DNA of 64,000 nucleotides from Mobula birostris (GCF_030028105.1 NC_092387.1:19353590-19417589), one strand, 5' to 3'; positions 39,841 to 52,600 are shown, counted from the stretch's first letter. Notes: generated by a model from the sequence alone, not told the origin. Numbers and translations: made by a program.

Positions 39841-40420
39841 CACACATTATTGAATATGTACACATGTACTGTAAGCATCACATTTCATTTTAAAGAAAGC
39901 ACATCGGGATATAATGTTGCCTTATTTATGAAAAGTTTCTCTGTAACCAGAAAGGCAGTGATCCTATGCTGGAGATAAAGCTGGAAGAAGATATGAATCT
40001 GCACTGAGAATTCAGATCTGCGACTTGGTGTTAAGCAGATTCTGTTGGCAAATGCTGAGTCTGCAAAGCAATATAAGGATGGACCAACAAATAATCAGCC
40101 TGAGGAAAGCAGTGGGTTGAGTAGAATTTGTGGTGGGGTGGGAGGGGTGGGATGGATCGGAGCCTTAAATGGGTGTGAGAGTGGAGGGGGAATTGCCAGA
40201 GTAAGGAGGAGAGGAGGCAGGGTTCTGAGGTGATTAGTGGACTGATGAGGGGTTGGTGAAGCAGGATGGGTGGAACGAACAATGGAGGGGAAGGAAGGGG
40301 GATTTGGGAGTTAGAGGTAGGTGGATGTCAGGGGGGTGAAGTTGGAGAGGGAATGGCAAATCTCACAGCTCGTCCAGAAATGGCCTCCAAATCAACAGCT
40401 GTCAAGAGCTAGTTGGCCTG

Positions 40421-40462
<42 letters not shown>

Positions 40463-40912
40463 ATCTGTGTATATGTGAGTGTGCCTCTGTGAAATACATT
40501 CTATGTGTATCTATCTGTAATTGTGTGCATGTGTGCCCCTTTTTGATTTATTAAGTTTGGAGAAAATAGTGCAGTATAGAATTATAATGAACATCCAGAA
40601 CAAAGGCAGATGGTCCATGCAGCTGATCACGGACCACAGAATGGACGGGAAAGGTAAAAAGGAAAATCTACTTCATCTATTGAGGCTGGAGCAGTGTTTC
40701 ACAACTGGCATACTTCACGTGGAAGGATCTGGAGTCACCGCAATGAAATTCACAACAACACTGTAATTTTACATTATCAGGACAAAGGACACCATTTCAT
40801 GGGTGAGGCTATGTCAGCAATTCCATTCTCCCAATCTGCAGCTGTGATCCCATTTCTCAGTCCATTTTCATGGGATTAAATTCCAAGTACTAGTTGCTTA
40901 AACAATATATTC

Positions 40913-40918
40913 TTTATT
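40913..40918 (-). terminator. Polyadenylation signal AATAAA of NMB copy C
   Basis: Same position relative to the stop as in copy B. Confidence 0.65.
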
Positions 40919-41142
40919 CGCCAAGCATAAACTTGTGGTTACATTAAATGTGCTTTAACAATGCAAAAAAGTCAGAAAAATGTAGAATAATCCTTGCTCC
41001 CTCTTTAATAGATATGGATAAGTGTACAGAAGCAAAACATAAAATATGTGATGGAAATACACTATTGTTACAACAAAATGTCCACATTCACCATTCGGGT
41101 CATCTTGCTCACATCTTCACCAACCATTTTCCTGGATGTTCA

Positions 41143-41199
41143 TCATTTCTTTGTACTTTTGCCATATCTCTCAATAATCTTCGTTATTAGTCCTGTTTC
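41143..41199 (-). CDS. NMB: NMB copy C, coding exon 3 (ETGLITKIIERYGKSTKK*)
   Basis: Acceptor ccatttttcagtccag|GAA. Protein identical to copy B, with one synonymous change (GGT/GGC). Confidence 0.78.
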   Translation of the reverse strand, partial: ETGLITKIIERYGKSTKK

Positions 41200-41482
41200 C
41201 TGGACTGAAAAATGGAGTGAGGGTGTCACATTCTTCATACAGACACGATGCATCCATGCGGGTGTGGGCAATGTGCAGTGTAACTGCCTTTAGCGTTTTA
41301 TACAAGTGGCATACAATATTCCCCGGACATACAATAGACCTGTTGCATTGCACACTTTACATTTCTCACATAAAATAGTTATTTTAATGCAATATATCCA
41401 AAACTTTTAAAGGATGCTGCCTGGATTGGAGAGGATGTCTTTTGAAGATAGGTTGAGTGAGTGAGGGATTTTCTGTTTGGAG

Positions 41483-44400
41483 TCTGACGGGGTCCTGAAT
41501 TACCCCAATGAACTGTGCTTGATTACCCCTATGAACTGTGCTCGATTACCCCTATGAACTGTGCTCGATTACCCCTACGAATTGTGCTTTTGAAAAGAGA
41601 GAGAGAGAGAGAGAGTTATTTAACACCGACATGTCATTTTGAAAAGAGAGAGAGAAAGAAAGAGAGAGAGAGAAGAAGACTAACTGTTGGACTGTCACTT
41701 TAAGGCACGAGAAAGAACTGGCTAACTTTTGGATTTCTGCTGAGTTAGAGATGGCTCTGAGCGGCTCGTAATTTGCGATGGTAAACGAAGGCATCATTAT
41801 TTAATGGACAATCGATGTTATGATTTTTCGGCAGCGTGTTGATACTTCTCAAGGACATTTGCCTGCTTGCATTTCTTACACAGAGAAAGGAAGGAGGAGT
41901 TATATGAGAGACAGTTGGTGCTCAGCACGGGAAGATAAAATAGAAGGTCAGATGATATAGACCTCGGACACATGTTCGGACACTGAATGAGCTTTGTTGT
42001 GCCCGCAGAAAAACTGGGTTTTTACAGGATCGATCAGGCAGATCGATCAGTGGCTCTTGCAGTGAAAAGAAAAGGCAGTGACCGGTGGGGAGTTGTCCAT
42101 GTGTCCAACCTTGCCTGGGTGATAGCTGTACCACAGAAGACTGGTCCTCTTTGCTCAAGTCACAGTCGGTGACTTTTAAAGGATTTCGGAGGTTGATTTT
42201 GGAGGACAACGAGAAGATTGATGAGGTCAGCTCACCTGAAGACTCAAATCTCTCCCTCTCTCTCTCTCTCCATCACGACTCAACTCAATACCACGAACTG
42301 AACTGAACTTTACTCATCATTTTAAGACTGTATCTTTTTCCCCCTAGACTTGAAGGAGCTTGATTTTCATATACATTCCACACTTACTCTGATATAATCA
42401 TTGCTAACCTGTTTGGTTTATCTACATTTGTATTACTGTATTGCATAGTTACTAATAAATATTATTAGTTAATAGCAATACTGGACTCCAAAGTGTTTTC
42501 TATTTCTGCTGGTTCTTTATTCCCATCACGGGGTACATGACAAAATTGGGGGCTAGTCCGGGATATGAACAAATTGGTCGAGAGGCTTGTTTGAATTGAT
42601 CGGGGGAAAGTTCCCTTTTGATTTGGTTGTGTGGAAAAACAGCAGAAATTGATGTTGCGGAATTTCTGGGATCACCAAACCCCATGGCCTTGACGAAAGC
42701 TAGAAGGTATGAGTTGCGTGACATTGTTAAGGAATTAAAGCTTACAATGGTAAAGAAGGGTATGACTAAGATAGAAACTCAAAGGAAGATAGTTGAATAT
42801 TATGTTTCGACAAAACAATTTACTGAGGATGTATTGAAAATGTTCGCAGAAGGTAACCTTACTGAGGCTGAGATTCAGCTTCAGCTGGAGAAATACAGGC
42901 TGGAGACTGAGGATAAGAAAAGACAGCATGAGTTGCAACTGAAACGGCTTGAGGCCGAAGAGGCAGAAAAACAAAGAGAAGAGGCACAAAGACAGAGACA
43001 GTTGATAAGGGAGATGTGGCAGTTGAGAGGTTTAATGTCGGACCCTGATGATTTTTACAGCTCGGAAGGGCTTGTTTTGTGTGATGAATTTAAAAGTTGT
43101 GTTCCTGATGATATAAGGGCATACCTAGGTGCAGAGGATGCTGCTATCTTGTGGGGGTCTGCTAAGAAAGCAGACAAAGAGATTCTGACCCACGAGCTTG
43201 AGTTTACTCCAGATGAGAGTTTGCCAGAGAATAGCTGGGAGGTTCGGGGTGACCTATGAATTTGAAACTGGGACAACTGATGACAGTCCAGAAGAGGCAG
43301 CTGTCCTGATTGCCTGTGTTCAGGTTGTTGAAGTACCTTTGAATTCACGGAGTTCTGAACCTTGTGTTGAAGCTCAGTTAAAGTCTGAGGTGTCTGACTT
43401 GGTTGAAAGGGAAAGCAGTTTTTTTTGTGTCAGATGATCTTGGTTCAGTGGAATGTGAGGATTCTCAGTCACGTGTATTAGACAGTGTTTTAAAAGTTAG
43501 TGATGAGGTGAAAATTGGCAAGGTAAGTTTTGCTGAAAGTAATGGGAAAAGTGCTGTTCCTGGACTTTTGGATAAAGTACTGGAAAAGGTTGGATTGGTT
43601 GCATGACCTTTGACCCTGCTTGCAGGACAAAAGGCTGCTGAGTAAAGATGTGCTACTCTGTTGAATTTTGTTTGGACATTTGGACACCTGCAAGGTCATC
43701 ATCATGTAATTCAGTGTGATGTTATGGAAGCAAGTCGAAGTGAAGGTCGTAATCAGATGGAGGGATTGTTTGGTCTCTTCCATAATGTATCCAAGGTTCT
43801 TATAAGCCTGGTGATGGTGCTAAGTTTAGTAAACAATGGAGGAATGTTGACACCTCTCCAAGATAAAGTTGATATAGCTGTTCAACTGATGAGCAAAGCT
43901 GTTGTTAGGGAACCACACAGAAAGACAGGTGTTTATTTCATATGCGCAGATAATCAAGAGATGTTTAAGCAGCCTGTTTAGGCATATGATAGCAAGACCA
44001 GAGGTTTAAATTATGATGATGTACCACAGACTTTTCTACCTTCCAGATTTCAGCAGGAATTAGAGGGTAGTAAAGCTGAGGAGAGCAAGGAGAAAAGGAA
44101 AGGTTTGTCCTTATTGAGGACGGAATTTATAGAGGAACAGAAGTGAGATTCTGAAATGATGGCTTTAAAGGAGCTAGCTCTCACAGGAGAGGAGGTTCAG
44201 AGAGAGTCAGTGGGACATTACCTTAAAGATGTGATGTTAATGAGGAAGTGGAGACCAGCCACTGTGCCTGCAAGTCACGTGGTGGTTCCGAAAGTGTACA
44301 GGGCTGAAATGTTAAACATGGCTCACAGTATGCCTTTAGGTGGACCTCGAGGAAGACAGTGAGCAGGATTATGAAGGAAATTTACTGGCCTAGTTTAAGG

Positions 44401-45291
44401 AATGATGTTGTGAATTTTAATAAGACATGCCATACCTGTCAAGTTGAGGGGAAATCTAATCAGGTTATTCAAGTAACACCACTTAAACCGATACCTGCTT
44501 TTGGTGAATCTTTTTCTAGAGTCATAGTGCATTGTGTAGGCCCATTGCCAAAGACTGCAGCTGATTGTCAGTATGTGTTAACAATTGTGTGTGCTGTGTC
44601 TCGGTTCCCTGAAGCTGTGCCTCTTAGAAACATCCAGGCCAAGTCTGTGGAGAAGTTATTCGGTAACTTTTTCACACTGGTAGGTCTGCCCAAAGAAATT
44701 CAATTTGACCAGGGCAGTAACTTTACTTCAAGAACATTCCAGGGGATAGTTAGAGAATTGGAAGCTAGGCACATGGTGTCATCTGCATATCACATGGAGT
44801 CCAAGGGAGCCTTGGAATGGGTCAACTCAACTCTTAAGACTATGATTGAAGCATATTGTGTGAAAAATGGGAAAAATTGGGATGAGGGGGTTTCTCTCCT
44901 CTTATTTATTGTTGGAGATTCGATTCAGAAGCCATTGGAGGGTAGTTTGTTGGAACCTGTGTTCAGTTACAGGTCAAAGGGACCTTTGACATAACTCAGA
45001 GAACTATGGTCTGATTTGGAAACGTGTCAGTGTGCTTAATTATGTTTTGAAAGTCTGGAAGGGATTTAATAAGATTTGTGTCCTTGCAAAGGGAAGTTTA
45101 CAGAATGGTCGAATTAAGATAAAACACTTGTTTGCTAGAATTGCAGAGGGGAGAATTGTTATGGAACAAAATGGAGTTGTGGAATCTGATAATGGTGTGG
45201 GAAAACATGATTACCCACTGAATCTAGTCTTACCAAGATATCAGAATTCCAGTGTTTTGAAAAATGTTACTGATAAGGTGCATCAGTTGGA
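41483..45291 (+). mobile_element. 3'-truncated Gypsy (Gmr1-like) element in NMB-C intron 2
   Basis: LTR 41483-42542, tRNA-Pro-like PBS 42547-42564, gag-like ORF 42618-43259, integrase 44156-44994. Confidence 0.88.
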
Positions 45292-45886
45292 CCCAAACAT
45301 ACAATAGACCTGTTGTATTGCACACCTTACTTTTCTCACATAAAATAGTTATTTTAATGCAATATATCCAAAACTTTTAAAGGATGCTGCCTGAATTGGA
45401 GAGCATGTCTTTTGAAGATAGGTTGAGTGAGTGAGGGATTTTCTGTTTGGAGCAAAGGAGAATGAGAAGTGACTTGACAGAGGTGTGAAAGATGAGAAGA
45501 GGCATAAATAAAGTGGATAGACAGAAACTTTTCCCAACGCAGAAATGGCTAATACGATGGGGTGTCATTTTAAGGTGATTGGAGTGAGGTATAGCTGGGA
45601 TGACAGAGATACATTCTTTACACAAACAGTGGTGAGTGCGTGGCATGCCCTGCCAGGAGCGGTGGTAAAGACAGATACACGAGGGCATTTAAGAAGTTCT
45701 TAGACGGGCATGTGGATAACAGAAAAGTGGAGGGTTATGTAGGAGGGAAGGGATAGATTGATCTTGCAGTAGGTTAAAAGGTTGGCCAAGGGGCCTGTAC
45801 TGTGATGTAATGTTCTATGTTTGACTCCAATTTAAAATGCACTTCACCTATCATTTAGGCCAGGCAGCATCTCTAGGAAGAGGTAC

Positions 45887-45922
45887 CGTTGACGTTTCAG
45901 GCCATGACCCTTCGTCAGGACT
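45887..45922 (-). ncRNA. Minimal hammerhead ribozyme motif (antisense arm)
   Basis: Minus strand reads AGTC-CTGACGA-A-GGGTCATGGCCT-GAAA-CG-TC-AACG. Core intact, stem I degraded. Confidence 0.55.
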
Positions 45923-45980
45923 AACTGAAAGAAGAGCCAGTAAGAGATTTCTTACTCTCTTACTAGCTCTTCTTTCAGTT

Positions 45981-46016
45981 AGTCCTGATGAAGGGTCTTG
46001 GCCCGAAATGTCGACT
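45981..46016 (+). ncRNA. Minimal type I hammerhead ribozyme motif
   Basis: AGTC-CTGATGA-A-GGGTCTTGGCCC-GAAA-TG-TC-GACT: stem I AGTC/GACT, core CUGAUGA and GAAA, GUC triplet. C>T change in stem III. Confidence 0.65.
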
Positions 46017-47483
46017 GTACCTCTTCCTAGAGTTGCTGCCTGGCCTGCTGCATTCACCAGCAACTTTGATGTGTGTTGCTTGAATTTCCAGCATCTGCAG
46101 AATTCCTCGTGTTCACCTATCATTTAACTTTCTTTTGTGCCCGTGACACGGATTGACTAAGTTTCTCATTGCACCTGTGCATACGTGTATCACGCCAAAG
46201 GAGGAGGGTTGAGAATGTGGTCAGTAACTCCATCCATAAAAAAACCCATAGCTAAAGAAAAAACCAATTGAAGCACCAAAGACCTCATTCTGGGAAGAGG
46301 AAAGGTCTTGGAAGATGGGCTACACAGGGGGACAGCTTGAGGGACTGGCCAGGATAGTGCACTCTGGTGGGCTGCCGTCAGCAGCCTGTGTACCAGCAGG
46401 GGAGATGTACTGGACAAGAACTTGAGCCTGTGACAATTAACCGGACTTTGGACATTGACTTTGACCTCAAGCGCTGAAACAGACCGGCCCCTGACAGGAA
46501 ATACATGTGGTCTATTTAATGGATATTTCTAACACATGGCACAAAATCAGAATCAAATGTATTATCACTGATTCAGATGACGTGAAATTTAGTTGGTCTT
46601 TTTAGCAACCCATTTGGTTGTCTGTTGTTTCCACAGACAATCACTAAGGGCCTCTGTAATATGGAATCCAGTGAAAGGGCGGGTTCGTCCAGATCTGGGC
46701 TTTTTCCCTCTGGGCTGGAAGGCTTCGAGCTTGCGAATCGGGCGGATGCCAATCGCCGAGTACCTCTGAGGGAGCCAGAGTGGGTCGGCAGGCAGAGATC
46801 CCCGTCGAGGGACGTCTGAAGAATATTTGAAGGCAGGTGCTCGGTAAAACTGATTGACCATCTGAGAGCTGGCAGATCCCACAGGCGCAGGTTCGATCCT
46901 GACCTCTGGTGCTGAAAGTGTAGATTTTGTACGTTTCCGACTGATCAGAGGGGTTATTGGTATTTGTATTGGCTTAATTGTCACGTGTACCGAGTTACAG
47001 TGAAAAGCTTGTCTTGCATGCTGTTCATACAGATCAAACCAGCACACGGTTCATTGAGGTGGAACAAGGTAATATAAAAACGAAGTAGAATGAAGTGTAA
47101 CAGCTACAGAGAAAGTGCAGTACGGACTTCCCGCCTGTGCTGCAGTTTCCTCCCACGTCTCTCAGACACGCGGGATGATGTTAATTGTGCGATTTAAATT
47201 GACCCTAACGAGTTGGTGAGCGGTACAATCTGGGGGAGCTGGTGGGAATAAAGTGATTGAGAATCAAACGGGAGGAAGATGTATGTTTGATGGTTATTGC
47301 GGACTCGAGGGAGCTGTCTCGCGTCTATTGGCTCTCCTAAAGGAAGTACCCAACATGTACACATCGATCGGGAAAATAGATTGAATACAGGAGAACGTGC
47401 GGGTGGATTGGCACCGTTCATACCACCACCTTCGTCCGCACTGTCCGCTGTATCCTGAAATATATTTGCACTCGCGGCGTTAC

Positions 47484-47671
47484 CTGGGCTCCGGAGCCGT
47501 ATCTCACTCGCTTCCCCTTTGCTTCTTGGGCCAGGGCGACTTCCAGCATCCTCCGGCTCAGCAGGCTCCCAATAGTCTTAGTGTCTTTGGAAGAGGTGAG
47601 AGGGAGTAGCGCCGGAGTATCGTCATATCCATCTGGATAATCTGACAGGCTCTTCTTTCCCATAAAGTGTC
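47484..47671 (-). CDS. NMB: NMB copy C, coding exon 2
   Basis: GHFMGKKSLSDYPDGYDDTPALLPLTSSKDTKTIGSLLSRRMLEVALAQEAKGKRVRYGSGAQ, with the same splice sites as copy B. Confidence 0.93.
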
Positions 47672-49324
47672 CTGCGACCCAACAATAGAGATCGTCACAG
47701 CGGAGTCATCTGGGCTGTGCGCCCTCGTACATCTGGTGTGTTGTCAAATGCATCGTCTCAAAGCAGCCACCCAGTAGAGTCACAGAGACTGAAACAAGCC
47801 CTTCGGCCCGTCATCAAGTTCCTATCTTTATGCTAGTCATACCTTAACCCTGCGTTCTCCGACATTGCATTTACAAAGGACGCCGTCGCAGCGTCCATCA
47901 TCGAGGACCCCCACCACCCAGGCCAATGTCTCTTGTCGTTGCTCCCATCAAGAAGCAGGTGTATGAGCCTCAAATCCCACAACACCAGGTTCAGGAAAAG
48001 TTATTACCCTCAACCATAAGGCTCTTGAGCCGGGGGGAATAATATATTCTCGATATCTATTATTTATTTATTATTATTTTTTCTGTTTTTGTATTTGCAT
48101 CGTTCATTGTCGTTTACACACTTGAATCACATTGCAGCCTTCAGTTAACCCAAGGAATCTCGCGCGATCACAAGGCGAACGTGCGAACTCCACCCAGAGA
48201 GCACCGGAGGTCAGGATCGGACCCGGATCTCTGGAGGGGCGAGACAGTTGCTCTTTCCGCTGCACCTCCGTGGTGAGAGGTCAGTTTCCCTGGCGGAACC
48301 TTGTTCACCACATGCGGCCCATTTACAGGTTTGGAGGATGAGGTACCACAGGTTTGACTGCTTCCTCTCCTCATATCGCCTACACTGCCATCTACTGACA
48401 GCAACATTCGTACATGGACTCGTTACACTCACCTGGGCGGTGGAAACGGATAACAGGTAGAGGAATGGAGAGAAGAGATGGTACAATTCCAGAGAACGAG
48501 GGCGGGACCAGGCCATTCCCTTAGCTGTGCGAAGTAGCAATGATAGTAAAATTAAAAGAGCTTCTAAACTATTCTTGTTTTATTTCACGGATAAAATATT
48601 TGACTACTGGTATATTTAACTCAATATTTATCATCTGATATACAAAGCAGAGATTGGAAAGTTCCTCATTAGTAACAGCGTCGAAGGATACGGGAATGGG
48701 GTTGAGAGGAATAATAAATCAGATACCATCGGATGGCAGAGAAGACTCCACAGGGGAAATGGCCTAATTCTGCCCCCGTGTCTTACTGTCTTACGGTTTT
48801 AAATCATGATTTGGGAGACGTTTGGATAAGTAGATGGATGGGAGGGGTTTGAGGGCCATGCTCCAGCTCGGGTCAATGGAACTAGGCAGAATAACAGATT
48901 GGCATGGACTAGATGGGCCGAAGGGTCTGCTCCTTTGCTGTTGTGCTCTGCGACTCTATGGCACTTTAAGAAGCTCAAACTGCTAACGTACAAACATGGT
49001 TAATTGTAAATGCTCTACCTTTCCCTTCCTCAATTTGGATAGGCACTGATTCCCGACACCATCGAAGGTGTGGAGATCCAAAAGACCGCGGATGCTGGAA
49101 TTTGGAGCAACACACAAGGTACATGACACAACATTCATCAAAGCGTCGCGACCTCAAACGTCCACTGTCGATTTCTCGCTATAGATGCTGCCCGACTCGC
49201 TGAGTTCCTCCAGCATCTTGAGCATTGCCCAATCCTTCCTCTGACTGTAAATGTGAGCCCGACCGGAGATAAGACCCCTTCCCCGAGACCCACACTCACT
49301 GCCCTGGACACGCCGTTACCTTAC

Positions 49325-49487
49325 CTGTGGCCCACAGATTTCCTCTCGGATTGAATTTGATCTTGGAAACATTGTTGGCTTCTGTAAGATCTAGACTGAC
49401 CGCCGAGGACACGGACAAGTACGAAAACACAACCAGGTAAGCGAGGAAGCCGAGGTAACCCATCTCGCGGCTGCAGAGAGCTGTCAT
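49325..49487 (-). CDS. NMB: NMB copy C, coding exon 1
   Basis: MTALCSREMGYLGFLAY...RGNLWAT+G with donor G|GTAAG. Four synonymous and one nonsynonymous difference from copy B. Confidence 0.93.
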
Positions 49488-49593
49488 TCTTGCTTCACAC
49501 TCTGTCTCTCTCGTTCTCTTTCCTTTTCTCTCCCTGTGGGCAAAGCCTCTCCGGGTTTCCCGGGTTCTGTCTCGCTGCTTCATTGCTCTGTTC

Positions 49594-49631
49594 TTTTTAT
49601 ACCTTCCCGGGGACGATGGGCGGCGCCCAAT
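49594..49631 (-). promoter_or_regulatory. Core promoter of NMB copy C
   Basis: TATAAAAA at 49601-49594, plus GGGCGG and CCAAT. Confidence 0.7.
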
Positions 49632-52600
49632 CGAATCCTCAGCACGGATGACGAATGCACTGAGGACCAGCTCTGGTTGGTGTTGGGACATCAGAGAGGG
49701 AACAAGTGAAATGTGTAGCGAGAGATGGTCGGGCTAATGAGGCAGAAGGGGAGTCTAATGATCCCTAGGTGAAAATGTGAGCCTCAAGGCGCCAGTTAGA
49801 CTAGAGACTCCTCTTCGTTTTATTTACTTTCAAATTCTCAACTTCTCGACTTCTCGGTTATCTGCGACCGCCCATCTCTCGCAGAAGATGCGTTTGTACC
49901 AGTGTGGTATGGAGCAAGAGCCGGCAACGTCTGCCTTCACGCCAGCTCAGAGACCCATTCGCCCCTCCAGCAGAGAGCTCAGGGCAGAAGAAAGTAATCC
50001 AGAATCACCTTGCGTTTGAGACCCTCTATCTCTCTACCACGTCTAAATATAGCGCGGCATCGTGCCAGAAGCGCTGCCTAGAGAGTAAATTATACACAAT
50101 TACGTCCATTTTTCAACGAGAACAGAACTGTTTGTGTCAGTAGTTCCGATACAGCACTCACCATCCATATCTTCCGATCACGCTGATCTCTGCACATTAT
50201 TTCAAAATGCGTCTGTGTGGGGTAGTGAATCATTAATATCACTTAAAAAGCCTCCACGATGCCTATTTTATTTGTTTTATACGTCAACCGAGGATGTAGT
50301 TCCCCAGATAAATTACATTCTCAATTTCCCGGTGACTCGCGTGAAATCCTCGTGAAACTGTCCCATTTATATTAACTGAGAAAGTAAACAAGGAGCGGGG
50401 GGGGGGGTGTTCAGATTAACTATAGTTAACGCTCGACGCAACTCACAGATCCCTGTGAAAGCTAAATGGTTCGTTTCTATTTCTCTATTCGTTTCTGTAC
50501 CAGATCTGAGGTGTTTAACATTTCCTTAAACTGTTAAATATGTTAAAATAAACGTGATGTCCTTGATATTAACTTTTCAATTGTTCTATGATACGGCATA
50601 AGAGAGGTTGATAGGTTCAACGATTTGTGTTTGCAATCCTATTTCCCTCTCCGTTTTAAATTTTAACTTTCCAAGTGCTGTTTAAAATCTAATACCTTTG
50701 AAGTCTCAAATCGACCCAAAGATACCTGCAGCCAATGAAATGGTTCCAACATTAGACACAGGTCGTCAATCAAAATGAGCTTTCAGTGCCCATTTCACGT
50801 TTGCCTTTGAGAGGGGTCGTGGGGAGAGCCTCGTCCTTGAACCGCAAACGTCCATCTGGTGAAGGTGTTCCCACTGTGCTGTTGGGACGGGAGTTAGAGT
50901 ACTTAGATCCAGCGAAAATCGGGACGGGAAATTTATTTTCACATCGTGGAAGGGCATCGTTAAGCTAGAAAGGCTATGAGAGAAGATCCACGAGCATTTT
51001 ACCCGGAGAGACTGTTTAGGCTGGCACATTTTTCCCTGGAGCCACGGAGGCTGAGGAATGACTTTATTGACCTTACAGAGGTTGCTGATGTGGGTCATGT
51101 AGGGTACTGCGATCACTCGAGCCGAGTACGATATTCTCCAAAGGGCTTGTCTATCGGTGCGTCCTCACGTTTACAGTGGCATAGTATACTGGGGGCCCTT
51201 CACTGCTGTAGCCTTCCTCTGCCGTTGTGACGTGTCATCATCTCACGCTGCTCTACCACTGAGGTCTTGGTTGGATCACTATTTGTCCAGAACCTCTCTC
51301 TTGATTTTATCGCGATGGGTGACCCTACCAGGAGCTAAGCGCCAGATGGCTAAGCTCCAGACGGCATCGCTCTCGGGATGTCAGGAACTCACAAGCCCCT
51401 CCTCCACTGTCTCCTTTAAGCTGCGCGGGTGCGCGGCCGCGCAGTAACCGAAATGCTCCCGCGCACATAGCTTTTGTTGCCGTGCAGAAGGAATTTTTTT
51501 TACTATAATGTGCCACGAGAGGTTGATAGCTTCTTGGTTAGGAAGGGTGTCAAAGCTTATGGGATGAAGGCAGGAGGATGGTGATAATAAAGCAGCCATG
51601 GTGGAACCGAGGAACAGACTCATTGGGCCGAATAGCCTAATTCTGCCCCTATGATTTATGGTCTCTTAAGATCACTCATTCATTCATTATGTGTCGTGTC
51701 ATATGGCGTGGGCGATCATGGTCCTGACCATGGTTGTTCTTGGCAAATATTTCTACATACGTGGTTTGTCTTTGCCATCTTCTGGACAGTGTCTTTACAA
51801 GAGGGGTGACCCCAGCCATTATCAAAACTCTTTAGAGATTGTCTGCCTGCCTTGTGATATACACCAGCTGCTCATATCACCAACCACCACCCGCCACCAG
51901 CTCTCATGACTTCACCTGACGCTGATGGGTAGGGAGGGGGGCTAAGCAGGTGTAATACGTTGCCCAAGGGTGACCTGCAGGCTAGCGGAGGGAAGGAGCG
52001 ACTTACTGTTAGTGAGTAAGAGAATGTCCTACCAGCTGACGTTTATTATCAGATGGGGAGCCTTTCCACAAGGCAACAGCCATGGAATTAAGGATTGAGA
52101 CTGAGGTGAGAATGACCAGGAAGAAGGCACAGAAGTTCGTTTCACCAAGGAATGAGGAATAAATGTGTGAGTAGGATAGATCCTTCAGTTTAACAGGGGT
52201 GCATAAGTGAGCACAGACCCTGGTAAGGAGGAATGGTCCCACATGGGTGGCCTTGGACCACTGAAGAGAGGTGGTGGAGGTTAATTATGTGACAGGTTTC
52301 TAAACACGGTATACATCAGCTGAAATGTCACAGAATAACCAATGATATTAATCCAAGCCAATTTCAATTGTTTTATTGAAATTAAAAGCAGATTGAAGGG
52401 ACCTGCAGGAGGTGACTGGAGATAAACAGGCCCTTTCAGAAGGAAGAGGCTGGGTGGAATATTGTTTATTTATCTGTTTGTTTATTATCTTGTATTTGCA
52501 CAGTTTGTTTTCTTCTGCACTTTGGTTATTTGTCTGTCTTTGTGCATAGTTTTCATTGATTGACTCTATTGTATCCACTGTGAATGCCTGCAACAAGATG

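Larger units (their letters stand above)
45858..46111. mobile_element. Penelope-like element terminal fragment (inverted pseudo-LTR) with 15-bp TSD
   Basis: ~90-bp inverted arms. TSD TTCACCTATCATTTA at 45843-45857 and 46112-46126. Empty site at ~21690 in unit 1. Confidence 0.75.
24190..48795. repeat. Tandem segmental duplication, period 2
   Basis: Colinear with 1-24189. 24,606 bp long because of small indels and a 254-bp insertion. Confidence 0.97.
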
